The notes: generated by a model not told the origin, from the letters alone. Numbered from the stretch's first letter, positions 49,660 to 60,597 are shown. The stretch: 64,000 nucleotides of DNA from Colwellia hornerae (GCF_007954355.1 NZ_VOLR01000011.1:32620-96619), one strand, 5' to 3'. Program-made: numbers and translations.

Positions 49660-50709
49660 TTAAAGTGGATACCACTGCATACCTTCTTTTAAGACAAACC
49701 AAGGCTTTGAATACCAGTAATAACGTCCTGGCTCACTAATACTTGGCGCGGTGCAGTTACAGCGAACACGGCCAATGGGCAAGGGGGCGCTATAATTAAT
49801 GGTAAAGCTATTTTCTTCTTGCCATTCTATCTTTTGTCGACCTAAACCTGAAATATAACAGTTCAATTGTGCGGGGTGAAAATCGTCAACAACCACATCA
49901 AAAGTTACTGATTTTGATTGGTTGTACTCGACAATAGTACTCGCATTTTCATTCCTTAAAGTCATAGTGAAAGGCAAAGATTTTAATTTATCACGCAGAC
50001 TAGATATTTGATCATAGGGCTTTGAAGCAGGAAAACGTGGCACACTGGTTAAGTCTGTCGCTAAGCCAACTGCCCCAGATTGTTGTGAAAAAGCAATAAA
50101 ATCGTGCTGTGTTATCCATTCTTGCACTGCTGGTGTGTATTCACCGTAAGGGTAAGCAAAATAGCGCCAACTTTGTCCGGTTTTTTCCTTAATAATACTT
50201 TCGGCATTTAATAACAGTTCAGTATGTTTTACTAGCCACTGTTGCTCAGTTAAACCATCACTAATACGCGCCATAGAGTCATGTTCCATACCGTGGTTGG
50301 CAATAATAACGCCCTGATCAGCCATCGTTTTAAGTTGTTGCCAAGTCAGGTAGTTACTTGAACCACGCTCAACAATGGCGGGATTGATAAAAATAGTAAA
50401 AGGATAATTAAATTTATCGAGAATTGGCTTACCATTGAGTAAAATATCAAGGTAAGCATCATCAAAGGTTATTGCGACCGTTTTGTCAGCAATGGGTTGC
50501 TGTTTTTTGATAGAATTCATTAAATCCGAAAGCGCGATAACATTGAAATTATTATCGGCCAAATACTGCATATGAATTTGAAACTGTTCGGGTGAAATAC
50601 TGGTACTTGCCGGTGTTTTGTCACTAACATGATGATATTGTAAAATTACAGCGGCAAAGCTAGAGAAGTGAAAGCAAGATAGCAGTAATGCGGGTAATAA
50701 AAATTTCAT
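49660..50709 (-). CDS. Polysaccharide deacetylase (CE4) family protein, secreted
   Basis: Signal peptide. The ITFDDAY motif (CE4 catalytic Asp pair) and HGMEHD His motifs. Confidence 0.75.
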   Translation of the reverse strand: MKFLLPALLLSCFHFSSFAAVILQYHHVSDKTPASTSISPEQFQIHMQYLADNNFNVIALSDLMNSIKKQQPIADKTVAITFDDAYLDILLNGKPILDKFNYPFTIFINPAIVERGSSNYLTWQQLKTMADQGVIIANHGMEHDSMARISDGLTEQQWLVKHTELLLNAESIIKEKTGQSWRYFAYPYGEYTPAVQEWITQHDFIAFSQQSGAVGLATDLTSVPRFPASKPYDQISSLRDKLKSLPFTMTLRNENASTIVEYNQSKSVTFDVVVDDFHPAQLNCYISGLGRQKIEWQEENSFTINYSAPLPIGRVRCNCTAPSISEPGRYYWYSKPWFVLKEGMQWYPL

Positions 50710-50803
50710 GAGTGAAGCCCTTGTTTAGTGATTCCTAAAAATAGCGCGTTTTACTTTCTTTTTATAGTAAATTTTCTGGTAATTTTTTATATGGAATACT
50801 TTT

Positions 50804-52171
50804 TTGAACGTTAATACCCTCAGTCAACATAAACAACTATTTCTCATCGCCTTGCCGATGATCTTTTCAAATATCACTATTCCTTTACTGGGCTTAGTTG
50901 ATACCGCAGTTTTAGGGCATTTAGACCAAGCCTATTATTTAGGTGGTAGTACAGTCGGTGCAATGATTATTACCTTTGTTACTTGGTTGTGTGGTTTCTT
51001 ACGTATGTCGACCACAGGTCTTACCGCTCAAGCATTAGGCGAACAAAACGGGCAAAAAAGTTTATTGGTTCTGCTGCGTGGTTTGTTAGTCGCTTGCCTT
51101 ATTGGTGGCACACTGATTCTATTACAGTCTTTTTATCTTGATCTGAGTTTGGGGTTAGCAGGAGGCTCTGAACAAATACAATTTTATGCTAAACAATATT
51201 GTGACATACGCATTTGGGGTTTACCTGCCGCATTATCAAACCTCGTTATTTTAGGATGGTTGTTGGGTAATCATAAAGCTAAGGCAGTAATGTGGATATT
51301 GATCGCGACTAACTTAATTAACTTGTCGCTAGATCTGTTGTTTGTTTTAGTGTTTGATTGGCAAGTTCAAGGGGTAGCGTCAGCAACGTTAATCGCTGAA
51401 TATTCGGGTGTTATTATAGGGTTATTTTATATCATCTTCGCGCAACAGACTGATAGCCAGAAATCACTAAAAAGTATATTAATAACAATGGCTGGAAAAC
51501 TTATTGATATCAAAGCACAGTTATTTGAGCAGTCGGCGCTGATCAATTACTTTCAACTTAACCGAGATATTCTTATTCGAACCCTATGCTTGGAGATTTG
51601 TTTTGTTTTTATTACTTTTCAAGGTGCTAGGTTAGGGGATGATGTTATAGCAACCAATGCCATTTTAATGAATTTTGTTTTGTTAATTTCATTTGGTTTA
51701 GACGGCATTGCCAATGCGGCAGAAGTGTTAGTGGGTAAAGCACAAGGGCAAAGAAATCTTAAAAAGCGGAATTTTGTGGTGAAAATCGCTTTATTTTGGA
51801 CCGGGCTCTTTGCGTTAATTTATAGTGCACTCTTTGCCGTAGCAGGCGATTTTTTGATTGGTTTATTGACGAATATTCCAGAGGTTGTTTTGTCTACCGA
51901 ACAATATGTTCATTGGATGATTATTTTACCTATATTAGGCTGCTGGTGTTATTTGTTTGATGGTGTATTTGTTGGTTTAATGAAAGCTAAAGTGATGCGC
52001 AATAGTATGATAATTGCGACCTTTGGTTGTTTTTTTCCGATGTGGTGGCTATTACAAGATTTTGGTAATCATGGTTTATGGGCTGCGTTCAGTGTGTTTT
52101 TGCTGGTACGTGGGGTGAGCTTGGCTTGGCATTATTATCGCGTTATAGAAAAACAGCCCATTAGCGTTTAA
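50804..52171 (+). CDS. MATE-family efflux transporter (DinF/NorM-like)
   Basis: 12 TM helices. The N-terminus LALPMIFSNITIPLLGLVDTAVLGHL is typical of MATE. Confidence 0.8.
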   Translation: MNVNTLSQHKQLFLIALPMIFSNITIPLLGLVDTAVLGHLDQAYYLGGSTVGAMIITFVTWLCGFLRMSTTGLTAQALGEQNGQKSLLVLLRGLLVACLIGGTLILLQSFYLDLSLGLAGGSEQIQFYAKQYCDIRIWGLPAALSNLVILGWLLGNHKAKAVMWILIATNLINLSLDLLFVLVFDWQVQGVASATLIAEYSGVIIGLFYIIFAQQTDSQKSLKSILITMAGKLIDIKAQLFEQSALINYFQLNRDILIRTLCLEICFVFITFQGARLGDDVIATNAILMNFVLLISFGLDGIANAAEVLVGKAQGQRNLKKRNFVVKIALFWTGLFALIYSALFAVAGDFLIGLLTNIPEVVLSTEQYVHWMIILPILGCWCYLFDGVFVGLMKAKVMRNSMIIATFGCFFPMWWLLQDFGNHGLWAAFSVFLLVRGVSLAWHYYRVIEKQPISV

Positions 52172-52425
52172 TTGTCTTTATTTTCCTGACGATCAAAAAT
52201 ATTGAGTAAGCGATTAGCAAAAATCCCACTATAACCCCAAGCTGAAATTAACAGGCCTACGGCTAAAAAAGCGATACCGGCAATTTGCCAAAAATAGTGA
52301 AAGTAGTAACCGATAAAAATTAAGCAAGCACCAATAGCAAAAAGACCAAGTCCGCGAGTAAAAAGCACTAAGCTTCTTTGCGGGTCTTGGCCTAATTTTT
52401 CAAGTATTCTCTTCACTTTAAGCAA
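52168..52425 (-). CDS. Small two-TM membrane protein (hypothetical)
   Basis: 85 aa with two hydrophobic helices. 10 bp downstream of nfuA on the same strand. Confidence 0.4.
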   Translation of the reverse strand: MLKVKRILEKLGQDPQRSLVLFTRGLGLFAIGACLIFIGYYFHYFWQIAGIAFLAVGLLISAWGYSGIFANRLLNIFDRQENKDN

Positions 52426-52434
52426 ATAAATAAC

Positions 52435-53016
52435 TTAATAGTAAGAATGATCACCACGTTCGTGTTCGGTCATGTCACGAACACCTTTTATTTCGCCAGC
52501 CATTGTTTCAAGCAGTTGTTTTTCGATACCATCTTTTACGGTGACATCAATTTGACTACAACCATTACAGCCACCACCAAATTGTAGAATAGCGAAACCG
52601 TCGTCAGTAATTTCCATTAACGTACACTCACCACCGTGGCCAGCTAACTGCGGATTAACTTCTGCTTTCAAAAAATAATCAACACGTTCAAATAATGGCG
52701 CATCGTCATTTACTTTTCTTAATTTAGCATTTGGCGCTTTTAAGGTTAACTGTGAACCCATTTGATCTGTAGTGAAATCAATTTCAGCATCTTCTAAGTA
52801 CAGCTTACTGTCTCCGTCGATATAAGCAGAGAAGTGTTCGAATTTCATTTCAATATCTTCAGGTTCTATCGCGTCAGCTGGGCAGTAAGACACGCCACAC
52901 TCTGCACTAGCAGTACCTGGGTTAACAACAAATACACGGATACTTGTGCCTTCAGCTTGTTGTTCTAATAATTTAGCGAAATGCGATTGTGCTGTTTCGG
53001 AAATATTGATCATCAC
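52435..53016 (-). CDS. nfuA: Fe-S biogenesis protein NfuA
   Basis: Nearly collinear with E. coli NfuA: [40 protein letters not shown]. Confidence 0.9.
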   Translation of the reverse strand: MMINISETAQSHFAKLLEQQAEGTSIRVFVVNPGTASAECGVSYCPADAIEPEDIEMKFEHFSAYIDGDSKLYLEDAEIDFTTDQMGSQLTLKAPNAKLRKVNDDAPLFERVDYFLKAEVNPQLAGHGGECTLMEITDDGFAILQFGGGCNGCSQIDVTVKDGIEKQLLETMAGEIKGVRDMTEHERGDHSYY

Positions 53017-53081
53017 GGTTATTACTCTCTTACACTTGTAGCCAAAATTTCTCTAAAGTTTCTCACGGACCTTAAAGATTG

Positions 53082-53124
53082 AAAATATTAATACCTGACT
53101 AATTTAGTCAGGTATTAATATTTT
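53082..53124. promoter_or_regulatory. 43-bp near-perfect palindrome in the nfuA / M14-peptidase divergent promoter region
   Basis: aaaatattaatacctgactaatttagtcaggtattaatatttt. The arms are exact over about 19 bp each. Confidence 0.6.
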
Positions 53125-53257
53125 ACGCTGTTATCTACCTATACGCTAGTGAAATTATAGTTAATTGAACTAACCATATGATAAAAAGAGACAGTTATTC
53201 TGGTGTGTTTCGATAGATTTTGGTATTTTATTGCTATTGAATTCAAGGATATTTTTT

Positions 53258-55834
53258 ATGTTACCACGATTGTTTTTAGCCGTGCTGGTCGGTTTTTTTA
53301 CTTTGTTACCCATGAGCCATGCGGCAAAAGTTACCAACTATTTGCCAACCGATCACACTTACAATCAAGCTATTCCTACCCCCGAAAGCTCATTAGGCTT
53401 TGGTATTGGCGAACGACATATCCGTCATGATCAACTCCTTAACTACATAAAAGTATTAGCAAGTAGTTCAGAACGGATAACATTGACCGATATTGGACAA
53501 ACGCAAGAGCTACGCCAGCAAGTGTTATTAACTGTTTCTTCTAAAGCTAATCTAGCTAATTTGAATGAGATATTAGCGAAAAAATCGACAACGGCTGCAG
53601 CTGGAGACTCAACATTACCGCTAGTCATTTGGCTTGGCTACAGCGTGCATGGTGATGAAATTAGTGGCGCTAATGCAGCGATGGTCGTGGCATATCACTT
53701 AGCAGCAAGTGAAAATGCTGATATAAAAAAAATGCTAGAAAACACCTTGATTGTTATTGAGCCAAGTATAAATCCTGATGGCATGGATAGATTTGTGCAA
53801 TGGGCAAATATGCATCGTGGCAGTACACCTAATGCGGATCCCAATCATATCGAACATCACCAAGGTTGGCTCACCGGTCGTACTAATCATTTTGGTTTTG
53901 ATCTTAATCGTGATTGGCTATTACTCGCACAAAAAGAAAGCCAAAATAGATTAGCGTATTTTCACCAATACCAGCCCCACGTATTAGGTGACTTTCATGA
54001 GATGGGGGCAAATAATAGTTACTTTTTTCAGCCGGGCATTCCAACACGTACCCATCCATTAACCCCCAGTGCTAATAGTGCATTGACAAAGCTTTTGGCG
54101 ACTTTTCATGCCGCGGCATTAGATAAATCTAATCGCCTTTACTTTAGCGAAGAAAATTTCGATGATTTTTATTATGGCAAAGGCTCTACTTATCCAGATA
54201 TTAACGGTGGAGTCGGTATTTTATTTGAACAAGCAAGTAGTCGAGGTATGCAACAAAATAGTGATAATGGTTTATTAACTTTTGAATTTGGTATTCAAAA
54301 TCACGTGTTAACTTCACTCTCTACCATTGAGGGGGCATGGCAACATAAGGCCAAGCTACTCAGTTATCAGAAAAACTTTTATAAAGAGTCAGAAAAGTTG
54401 GCTAATAAAGAAAGTTTTAGCGGCTACTTATTACATGAAACCCATGATCTTTATCGCTTAAATGTCTTACTCGATAAATTAAAACAACATCAGATTAAGG
54501 CCTATCCACTCACTGAAGATTTTCGTTTAGCCGGCGTTGTTTATGCGAAAGAGCACAGCGTTTATGTGCCATTAGACCAGCGTCAGTATCGAGTTGTTCA
54601 AGCGTTGTTTTCTCAGCAAACTCAGTTCGAAGACAATACCTTCTATGATGTTTCGGGTTGGACAATGCCACTGGCAATGGATATAGACTTTTATCGGGTG
54701 GGTCGTACCTGGGGACTAAAATTGGCAGACAATGCCTGGGAAAAGCCAACAAAAATTGCCGATAACAGCAGTATTGAGCCACAAGCGTATGCCTATGCAT
54801 TTGAGTGGCATCATTTTTTAGCGCCAAAATTACTCAATGACCTGCTTAATAAAGGCATTAAGGCAAAAGTTGCCACAAAACCTTTTTCGTCACGATTAAA
54901 AATTGATGGCAAGATGTCTAATAAGTACTTTGCTCGCGGCAGTATTATTATTCCTGCCGGCATACAAACGCAATTAAATTGGCGAGATATTGTCACGCAA
55001 AGTAGTCAAGAAATTGATATTCCTATTAACAGTTTGTCTACCGGATTAACCGTTAAAGGTATAGATATAGGCAGTGGCTCTTTGCAGTTATTAGCACCGG
55101 TGAAGGTTTTAATGCTGGGTGGTAAAGGCGTTTCTCAATACGAAAGTGCCGAGATGTTATTTTATCTCGATGATACTCTGTCAATCCCTGTAACAGTTGT
55201 AGAGCAGCAGCGTTTAGCAAAAATTGAGTTAAGTGTTTATAGTCATATCATTATGGTCGATGGAAAATACGACTCTCTTGGTCAAGATGATGCTGATAAA
55301 ATAGCGGCATGGATAAAGAGTGGTGGTGTTATTTTTGGGCAAAAGCGTGGCGCTAAATTTTTGTCGGAATATCAATTACTGGCGATGAATTTTGTGACTA
55401 CTAATGAAATTAACCAGTTATTTGATACTGATGATTTACGCTATCAAGACAAAGATAAACTGGCTGGACGTAAACGTATTGCTGGCGCCATCTTTGAGTC
55501 AACACTCGATACCTCGCATCCATTAGCTTATGGTTATACGGATAATCGTTTACCGCTATTTCGCAACAGTACATTAATCTTGCAGCATAGTTCAAAGCCT
55601 TTTATCTCAGTGGCAAACTATAATGCCCGGCCGTTATTGAGCGGCTATGCTGATAAAAACATGGTCAACCGAGTAGCAAATTCTGCAGCTATAGTCGCGC
55701 ATGATTATGGCAATGGGCGAGTGATTGCCAGTACTGACAATTTAGCTTTTCGAGGCTATTGGTTAGGCAGTGCAAAGTTAATAGCAAACAGCTTATTTTT
55801 TGCCAAAGCCTTTAGCGCTTCAGCGACTCATTAA
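53258..55834 (+). CDS. M14-family zinc carboxypeptidase-like protein, secreted (about 860 aa)
   Basis: Signal peptide MLPRLFLAVLVGFFTLLPMSHA. The HGDEISG motif (Zn-binding H.xE of M14) plus NPDG and a large C-terminal extension. The ORF-track start TTG at 53231 is less likely. Confidence 0.75.
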   Translation: MLPRLFLAVLVGFFTLLPMSHAAKVTNYLPTDHTYNQAIPTPESSLGFGIGERHIRHDQLLNYIKVLASSSERITLTDIGQTQELRQQVLLTVSSKANLANLNEILAKKSTTAAAGDSTLPLVIWLGYSVHGDEISGANAAMVVAYHLAASENADIKKMLENTLIVIEPSINPDGMDRFVQWANMHRGSTPNADPNHIEHHQGWLTGRTNHFGFDLNRDWLLLAQKESQNRLAYFHQYQPHVLGDFHEMGANNSYFFQPGIPTRTHPLTPSANSALTKLLATFHAAALDKSNRLYFSEENFDDFYYGKGSTYPDINGGVGILFEQASSRGMQQNSDNGLLTFEFGIQNHVLTSLSTIEGAWQHKAKLLSYQKNFYKESEKLANKESFSGYLLHETHDLYRLNVLLDKLKQHQIKAYPLTEDFRLAGVVYAKEHSVYVPLDQRQYRVVQALFSQQTQFEDNTFYDVSGWTMPLAMDIDFYRVGRTWGLKLADNAWEKPTKIADNSSIEPQAYAYAFEWHHFLAPKLLNDLLNKGIKAKVATKPFSSRLKIDGKMSNKYFARGSIIIPAGIQTQLNWRDIVTQSSQEIDIPINSLSTGLTVKGIDIGSGSLQLLAPVKVLMLGGKGVSQYESAEMLFYLDDTLSIPVTVVEQQRLAKIELSVYSHIIMVDGKYDSLGQDDADKIAAWIKSGGVIFGQKRGAKFLSEYQLLAMNFVTTNEINQLFDTDDLRYQDKDKLAGRKRIAGAIFESTLDTSHPLAYGYTDNRLPLFRNSTLILQHSSKPFISVANYNARPLLSGYADKNMVNRVANSAAIVAHDYGNGRVIASTDNLAFRGYWLGSAKLIANSLFFAKAFSASATH

Positions 55835-56628
55835 TGATTAGGTAACGATAAACAAAGACTTAATACGGTAACTTTTTTAACACCATTAGCTTTCAGTAAA
55901 CGGCAAATTTCATTACATGTAGAACCTGTTGTTACCACATCATCGAGGAGCAATATGTGTTCAGGTAATCGAGATTGTTGATTACTTTTATTGTCTAGAA
56001 ACTCGCTTGAAAGTTTAAAAGCATGACGTAAATTTTTACGGCGGGTAACACCTGTTTGACCCGCTTGGCTTTTATTGTTACTTATACGCTGTAATGCATC
56101 TGGGTAATACGCCATTTGTGCAAGGTGGGCAAAACTTTTTGCCAATAAGTGAGCTTGGTTAAAGCCCCGTGTTTGCCACTTTTTTAAGTGTATTGGTACT
56201 GATAATAGTAAAGGTTGATGAAGTCGGTTTTTATAGGATTTATTTTCATCGGACAACGAACTTTTCCATTGTTTAAATAACAAAGTACTCAGTAAAGCCA
56301 CTAATTCAAAACGGCCATGATACTTCAGTTGTCTAACCCATAAGTCAATGGGCCATTGATAAGGAGATACTGAAATTAACTGATCAAAGATTCTTTTGGG
56401 TAACAAGGTGTTTATTGCCGGCCAGGTCAATAAATTTCCATGTAACTGCCTTAAATCAAAAAGTGGTAAATCAGCCAAGCAAAAATCACAAATTATGGCT
56501 TGGCTTTGACAGCGACCACCACATAAGTCACAACAACTCAGTTGTGCTTTAAAAGATTGTAAACGATCGATAAAGCAAAATGACTTTTGTTTTAAATATC
56601 GGGTAAATTTTAGCTGGTTAAATTCCAT
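55831..56628 (-). CDS. comF: ComF/GntX-family phosphoribosyltransferase-fold competence protein
   Basis: N-terminal Cys4 finger (CDLCGGRC...CDFCL) and C-terminal PRTase motif LLLDDVVTTGST. Between nfuA and bioH, as gntX is in E. coli. Confidence 0.8.
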   Translation of the reverse strand: MEFNQLKFTRYLKQKSFCFIDRLQSFKAQLSCCDLCGGRCQSQAIICDFCLADLPLFDLRQLHGNLLTWPAINTLLPKRIFDQLISVSPYQWPIDLWVRQLKYHGRFELVALLSTLLFKQWKSSLSDENKSYKNRLHQPLLLSVPIHLKKWQTRGFNQAHLLAKSFAHLAQMAYYPDALQRISNNKSQAGQTGVTRRKNLRHAFKLSSEFLDNKSNQQSRLPEHILLLDDVVTTGSTCNEICRLLKANGVKKVTVLSLCLSLPNH

Positions 56629-56697
56629 TTAATACCTTCTTTAAGTAAACTGTCGCTAACTTTCGTTTAATCAAAATTAACGGTAACACTCTCTATT

Positions 56698-57498
56698 ATG
56701 AGCATGGCAGAAACTTTAAAAATATCGAGTCAAGGGCGTGGACTTCCGCTCGTATTTATTCATGGCTGGGGGTTAAACTCAGGCGTTTGGCAACCTAGTG
56801 TTGAGGTATTAAAAGAGTACTTTGAAGTGATCACCGTTGATTTGCCTGGTTTTGGTGCCAATTTAGAACACTCATTATTTCCTTATACCTTAGCTGAAAT
56901 TGCAACCTTGATACAGGGATCTGTAGCCAAACCCGCGGTATATATAGGTTGGTCGTTAGGGGGCTTAGTTGCTAGTGAAATAGCATTGAATTTTCCAAAG
57001 CAAGTAAAAGCATTAATCACTGTCGCTAGTTCGCCTTGTTTCGTTGAGCAAGAAAATTGGTTAGGTATTAAGCCTAATGTTTTAACTTTATTTCATCGAC
57101 AACTAGCAGAAGACACCACCAAGACGATTAACAACTTTTTAAAAATTCAAGCGATGGGCAGTCCTCATTTGCGTCATGATATTAAGTTGTTACGAGAACT
57201 CGTTATGGGGTTTCCGCAGCCAACAAAAACAACTTTAGATGAGTCGCTAAAATTACTGACAACAGTCGATCAGCGCGAAAGTCTTGCTCAAATATCGATA
57301 CCATTTTTACGTTTATACGGAAAACTTGATGGCCTAGTGCCGCGTAAGGCCATTGCAGCTATTACGGCATTATCACCTAACAGTAATGTTGTTATTTTTG
57401 AACAAGCATCACATGCGCCTTTTATTTCTCACCCTGAGGCGTTTATAGAAACAGTCACTACTTGGCTAGCACCTTTAGATAGGCGTATCGATGGATAA
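56698..57498 (+). CDS. bioH: Pimeloyl-ACP methyl ester esterase BioH
   Basis: LVFIHGWGLNSGVW, GWSLGG nucleophile elbow and a C-terminal His. Conserved position next to gntX/comF. Confidence 0.8.
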   Translation: MSMAETLKISSQGRGLPLVFIHGWGLNSGVWQPSVEVLKEYFEVITVDLPGFGANLEHSLFPYTLAEIATLIQGSVAKPAVYIGWSLGGLVASEIALNFPKQVKALITVASSPCFVEQENWLGIKPNVLTLFHRQLAEDTTKTINNFLKIQAMGSPHLRHDIKLLRELVMGFPQPTKTTLDESLKLLTTVDQRESLAQISIPFLRLYGKLDGLVPRKAIAAITALSPNSNVVIFEQASHAPFISHPEAFIETVTTWLAPLDRRIDG

Positions 57499-57655
57499 AT
57501 CGCTGCTTTACTTTTTGATCATATTGTATGATAATTGAACAAAGGTGTTTCAGGATTTAATAGCAAAAATTGAGTACTTAAGCTGGGTATTTAAGTTAAG
57601 TATTTACATTATTTGTTCATTAATATGCTGTTAATGGGTACAGAGGAGTTTGTTA

Positions 57656-57969
57656 TGGAAATACAATCAGCATTAGCAAGTGGTCTACAAGGCTTTCAAA
57701 AAGCGCAAGGCGATGTAACAGAAGCGGCAGCAGATATTACAGCTAACTTAGCGGTTAGCCCTGAAGATTTTGGTATTGGCCAAGAAAATAACACTGATAA
57801 TGCAGCCACCCCAGATACAGCAAATAAGAATGCCAGTTCAGCAGAGTCCACTGACCTTAGCAAAGCCGTCGTTGATTTAAAAGTCGCAGAGTTTCAAGCT
57901 AAAGCTTCAGCCGATGTTATTCAAACGGCTGATGAAACCTTAGGTACGTTATTAGACGTTCGAGCATAA
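57656..57969 (+). CDS. Small acidic Ala/Thr-rich hypothetical protein
   Basis: Start chosen at MEIQSALASG (AGAGGAG RBS 6 nt upstream). Low complexity. Ends 3 bp before the next gene. Confidence 0.4.
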
Positions 57970-57972
57970 TTA

Positions 57973-58953
57973 ATGAATATCACGCCGCAAACGCCTACCC
58001 TGTCTATCCCTACCGCGGTTAATCCGCAAACGGATAGCTTGCGTCGTGAAAATAATATCCGTGAAGTTATTACAAAACCAACGGCCTCAAGCCAGTCCCC
58101 AGCAGAAAAAGGGGTAGCGTCTGATAAAGAAAGAGGCAGAACACCCGCACAGAATAACGAAAATGTTGATTTTGAAAGCATTCGTAAACAAGCTGAATCA
58201 GCAACCAAGACCATTAACGGTGATAGCAACCGCGAAAGTGGTTCATCGGACCAACAGTCGACAACTGACGGTTTTTATGCAAACGAAGATGCTATTGAAG
58301 ATGACAGTGAGAACGGTCAAAGTTCAACAGGGTCTCCTGATGGCACTGCTGCTAGCAGTCGAGAAGCTTTTACCGAACAAAGAATTATTAATGAGCTGCA
58401 ACTAAGAGATCAAGAAGTACGTGCTCATGAACTAGCGCATGCTTCTGTCGGGGGCGCATCGACAGGTTCGCCTTCTTATACTTTTGAAACGGGTCCTGAC
58501 GGAAAAAAGTATGCTGTTGGTGGTGAGGTTTCAGTAGACCTTTCTACGGTTAATGGTGATCCAAGAGCGACCATTAGCAAAATGCAAAAGGTCTATGCCG
58601 CTGCATTAGCACCTGCTGATCCTTCAATCCAAGACACCCGTGTTGCGGCTTCAGCATCAAAAGCTATTTTACAAGCGCAAACAGAACTGGTCGCGATTAG
58701 CTTAGCAGACAGCAGTGAAGCAAAAAATACCACGATTCAAGGTAAGTCTAGCGATGTTTTTTCAGCAGAAGAAAATCAAGAAACAGAAGATTTTGATACA
58801 CTAGTTAATCGCACGTTAGCGTCTCAGGACGAAATTGTACCTAACCGTGATAGCGCTGTTGATGAGCGAGCATTAAGAATTGAAAGCCTTTATTCTGGCA
58901 TAACGACAGCTTATGAAAAAGAACCTAGTTTTCATTTCCAATTAACCGCCTAA
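57973..58953 (+). CDS. SprA-related-family protein with HEXXH motif (putative metalloprotease-like)
   Basis: The LQLRDQEVRAHELAHASVGG...GPDGKKYAVGGEVSVD block resembles the SprA-related family. AHELAH gives an HEXXH motif. The N-terminal half is Ser/Thr/Gln-rich and low-complexity. Confidence 0.5.
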   Translation: MNITPQTPTLSIPTAVNPQTDSLRRENNIREVITKPTASSQSPAEKGVASDKERGRTPAQNNENVDFESIRKQAESATKTINGDSNRESGSSDQQSTTDGFYANEDAIEDDSENGQSSTGSPDGTAASSREAFTEQRIINELQLRDQEVRAHELAHASVGGASTGSPSYTFETGPDGKKYAVGGEVSVDLSTVNGDPRATISKMQKVYAAALAPADPSIQDTRVAASASKAILQAQTELVAISLADSSEAKNTTIQGKSSDVFSAEENQETEDFDTLVNRTLASQDEIVPNRDSAVDERALRIESLYSGITTAYEKEPSFHFQLTA

Positions 58954-58974
58954 AGCCTCTTAATTATTACCCTA

Positions 58975-59020
58975 TAAATAAAAACGCCTCATTATTAATA
59001 AATAATGAGGCGTTTTACTG
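58975..59020. terminator. Bidirectional terminator between the SprA-related gene and pyrE
   Basis: cgcctcattatt-aata-aataatgaggcg stem, flanked by aaaaa on the left and tttta on the right. Confidence 0.65.
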
Positions 59021-59061
59021 TGCTTGTTTAGTTAAGCTAAAGAAATTTTAATGGTTATTAG

Positions 59062-59715
59062 CTAGATACCGTAATTTTCACGGTATGTATTAATGCCGGC
59101 TAAACTTTTCGCTAATGCAGGTTGCAAAGCAAGGTTCTCTTCAAGGTAAGTGACAACATCTGCTAAGGTTACAATCGCGATAACTTGCGTACCAAAGTCA
59201 CGTTCAACTTCTTGAATAGCAGATAACTCACCTTGACCTTTTTCTTGGCGGTCAAGAGCGATTAATACACCTGATAATTCAGCGCCATGGGCTTTAATAA
59301 TTTCCATTGATTCACGAATAGCGGTACCCGCAGTAATAACGTCGTCAACCAACATTATTTTACCTTGTAAAGGTGAGCCAACTAAGCTGCCACCTTCACC
59401 GTGAGTTTTTGCTTCTTTACGGTTAAAGCAATAAGGCATATCCATACCGTGATGATCAGCTAATGCTACTGCTGTGGTAGTTGCAATCGGAATGCCCTTA
59501 TAAGCTGGACCGAAAAGTAAATCAAACTCGATAGTAGAATCAACGAGTGCCTGTGCGTAAAAACGACCCAAACGTGCTAAATCGCCACCAGTATTGAATA
59601 AGCCGGCATTAAAAAAATATGGACTGGTACGGCCTGACTTCAAAGTGAATTCACCAAAGCGTAATACTTCTTTCGCTAGAGCAAATTCAATAAATTCACG
59701 TTGATAATCTTTCAT
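59062..59715 (-). CDS. pyrE: Orotate phosphoribosyltransferase
   Basis: [13 protein letters not shown]..., PRPP-binding [14 protein letters not shown]. Adjacent to rph as in E. coli. The ORF-track start at 59727 adds 4 aa. Confidence 0.95.
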   Translation of the reverse strand: MKDYQREFIEFALAKEVLRFGEFTLKSGRTSPYFFNAGLFNTGGDLARLGRFYAQALVDSTIEFDLLFGPAYKGIPIATTTAVALADHHGMDMPYCFNRKEAKTHGEGGSLVGSPLQGKIMLVDDVITAGTAIRESMEIIKAHGAELSGVLIALDRQEKGQGELSAIQEVERDFGTQVIAIVTLADVVTYLEENLALQPALAKSLAGINTYRENYGI

Positions 59716-59741
59716 CATTATTCCCATTTTAATAAGAGTGT

Positions 59742-60455
59742 TTAGTTAAGCGCTAACTTTTGTATGTCAAATAGCTCATTAATACTGTCTTTTGCTAAAG
59801 CTAGCATGTTGTGCATTTCATCAAAACTAAACGGCGCTTCTTCGGCTGTTCCTTGAATTTCAATCAATTTACCTGTGTCTGTCATAACGACATTCATATC
59901 GGTATCGGCAGCAGAATCTTCTGGGTAATCAAGATCTGAAACAGCTTCACCTTTATAAATACCAACAGAAACTGCTGCTATCATGTGTTTTAACGGGTTA
60001 GTTTTAATAATATCTTTAGCGCGCATATAATTTAAAGCATCGACTAATGCGACACAAGCACCGGTAATTGAAGCAGTACGTGTTCCACCATCAGCTTGTA
60101 TAACATCACAATCAACACTAATGGTATTTTCACCTAGGGCTTTTAAATCGACAGCCGCACGCAATGCACGAGCGATTAAACGAGATATTTCTAAGGTACG
60201 ACCACTTTGTTTACCATTAGCGGCCTCTCTGCGCATACGAGTGTGGGTAGAGCGAGGTAACATGCCATATTCTGCAGTGATCCAACCTTTACCTTGCCCT
60301 TTTAAAAAGCGCGGTACACCGACTTCTACCGAGGCAGTACAAATAACTTTGGTGTCGCCAAATTCAATTAATACTGAACCTTCAGCATGAGTAGTAAATT
60401 GACGAGTAATGGTTACAGGACGTATTTGACCTGGAGTTCTGCCGCTTGGACGCAT
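59742..60455 (-). CDS. rph: Ribonuclease PH
   Basis: From [14 protein letters not shown] it is collinear with E. coli Rph ([36 protein letters not shown]). The ORF-track start at 60518 adds 21 non-conserved aa. Confidence 0.95.
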   Translation of the reverse strand: MRPSGRTPGQIRPVTITRQFTTHAEGSVLIEFGDTKVICTASVEVGVPRFLKGQGKGWITAEYGMLPRSTHTRMRREAANGKQSGRTLEISRLIARALRAAVDLKALGENTISVDCDVIQADGGTRTASITGACVALVDALNYMRAKDIIKTNPLKHMIAAVSVGIYKGEAVSDLDYPEDSAADTDMNVVMTDTGKLIEIQGTAEEAPFSFDEMHNMLALAKDSINELFDIQKLALN

Positions 60456-60597
60456 GTTGCTATACCTATGGTGAAATAATTGTTGCGCATTATAATCGTT
60501 CAGCAACAAATTTGACATAATGACGTGAAAACAATTTGAAATATAGTTAATCTAACTAAGGTCTATTTAGCCGTACTTTACAATATCCTATTTTTTA

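Noticed and set aside
53203-53430. 75-aa ORF 53203-53430, and the TTG start at 53231 for the peptidase
   Set aside because: It overlaps the M14 peptidase signal-peptide region in another frame. An ATG at 53258 with a canonical signal peptide is the better start.
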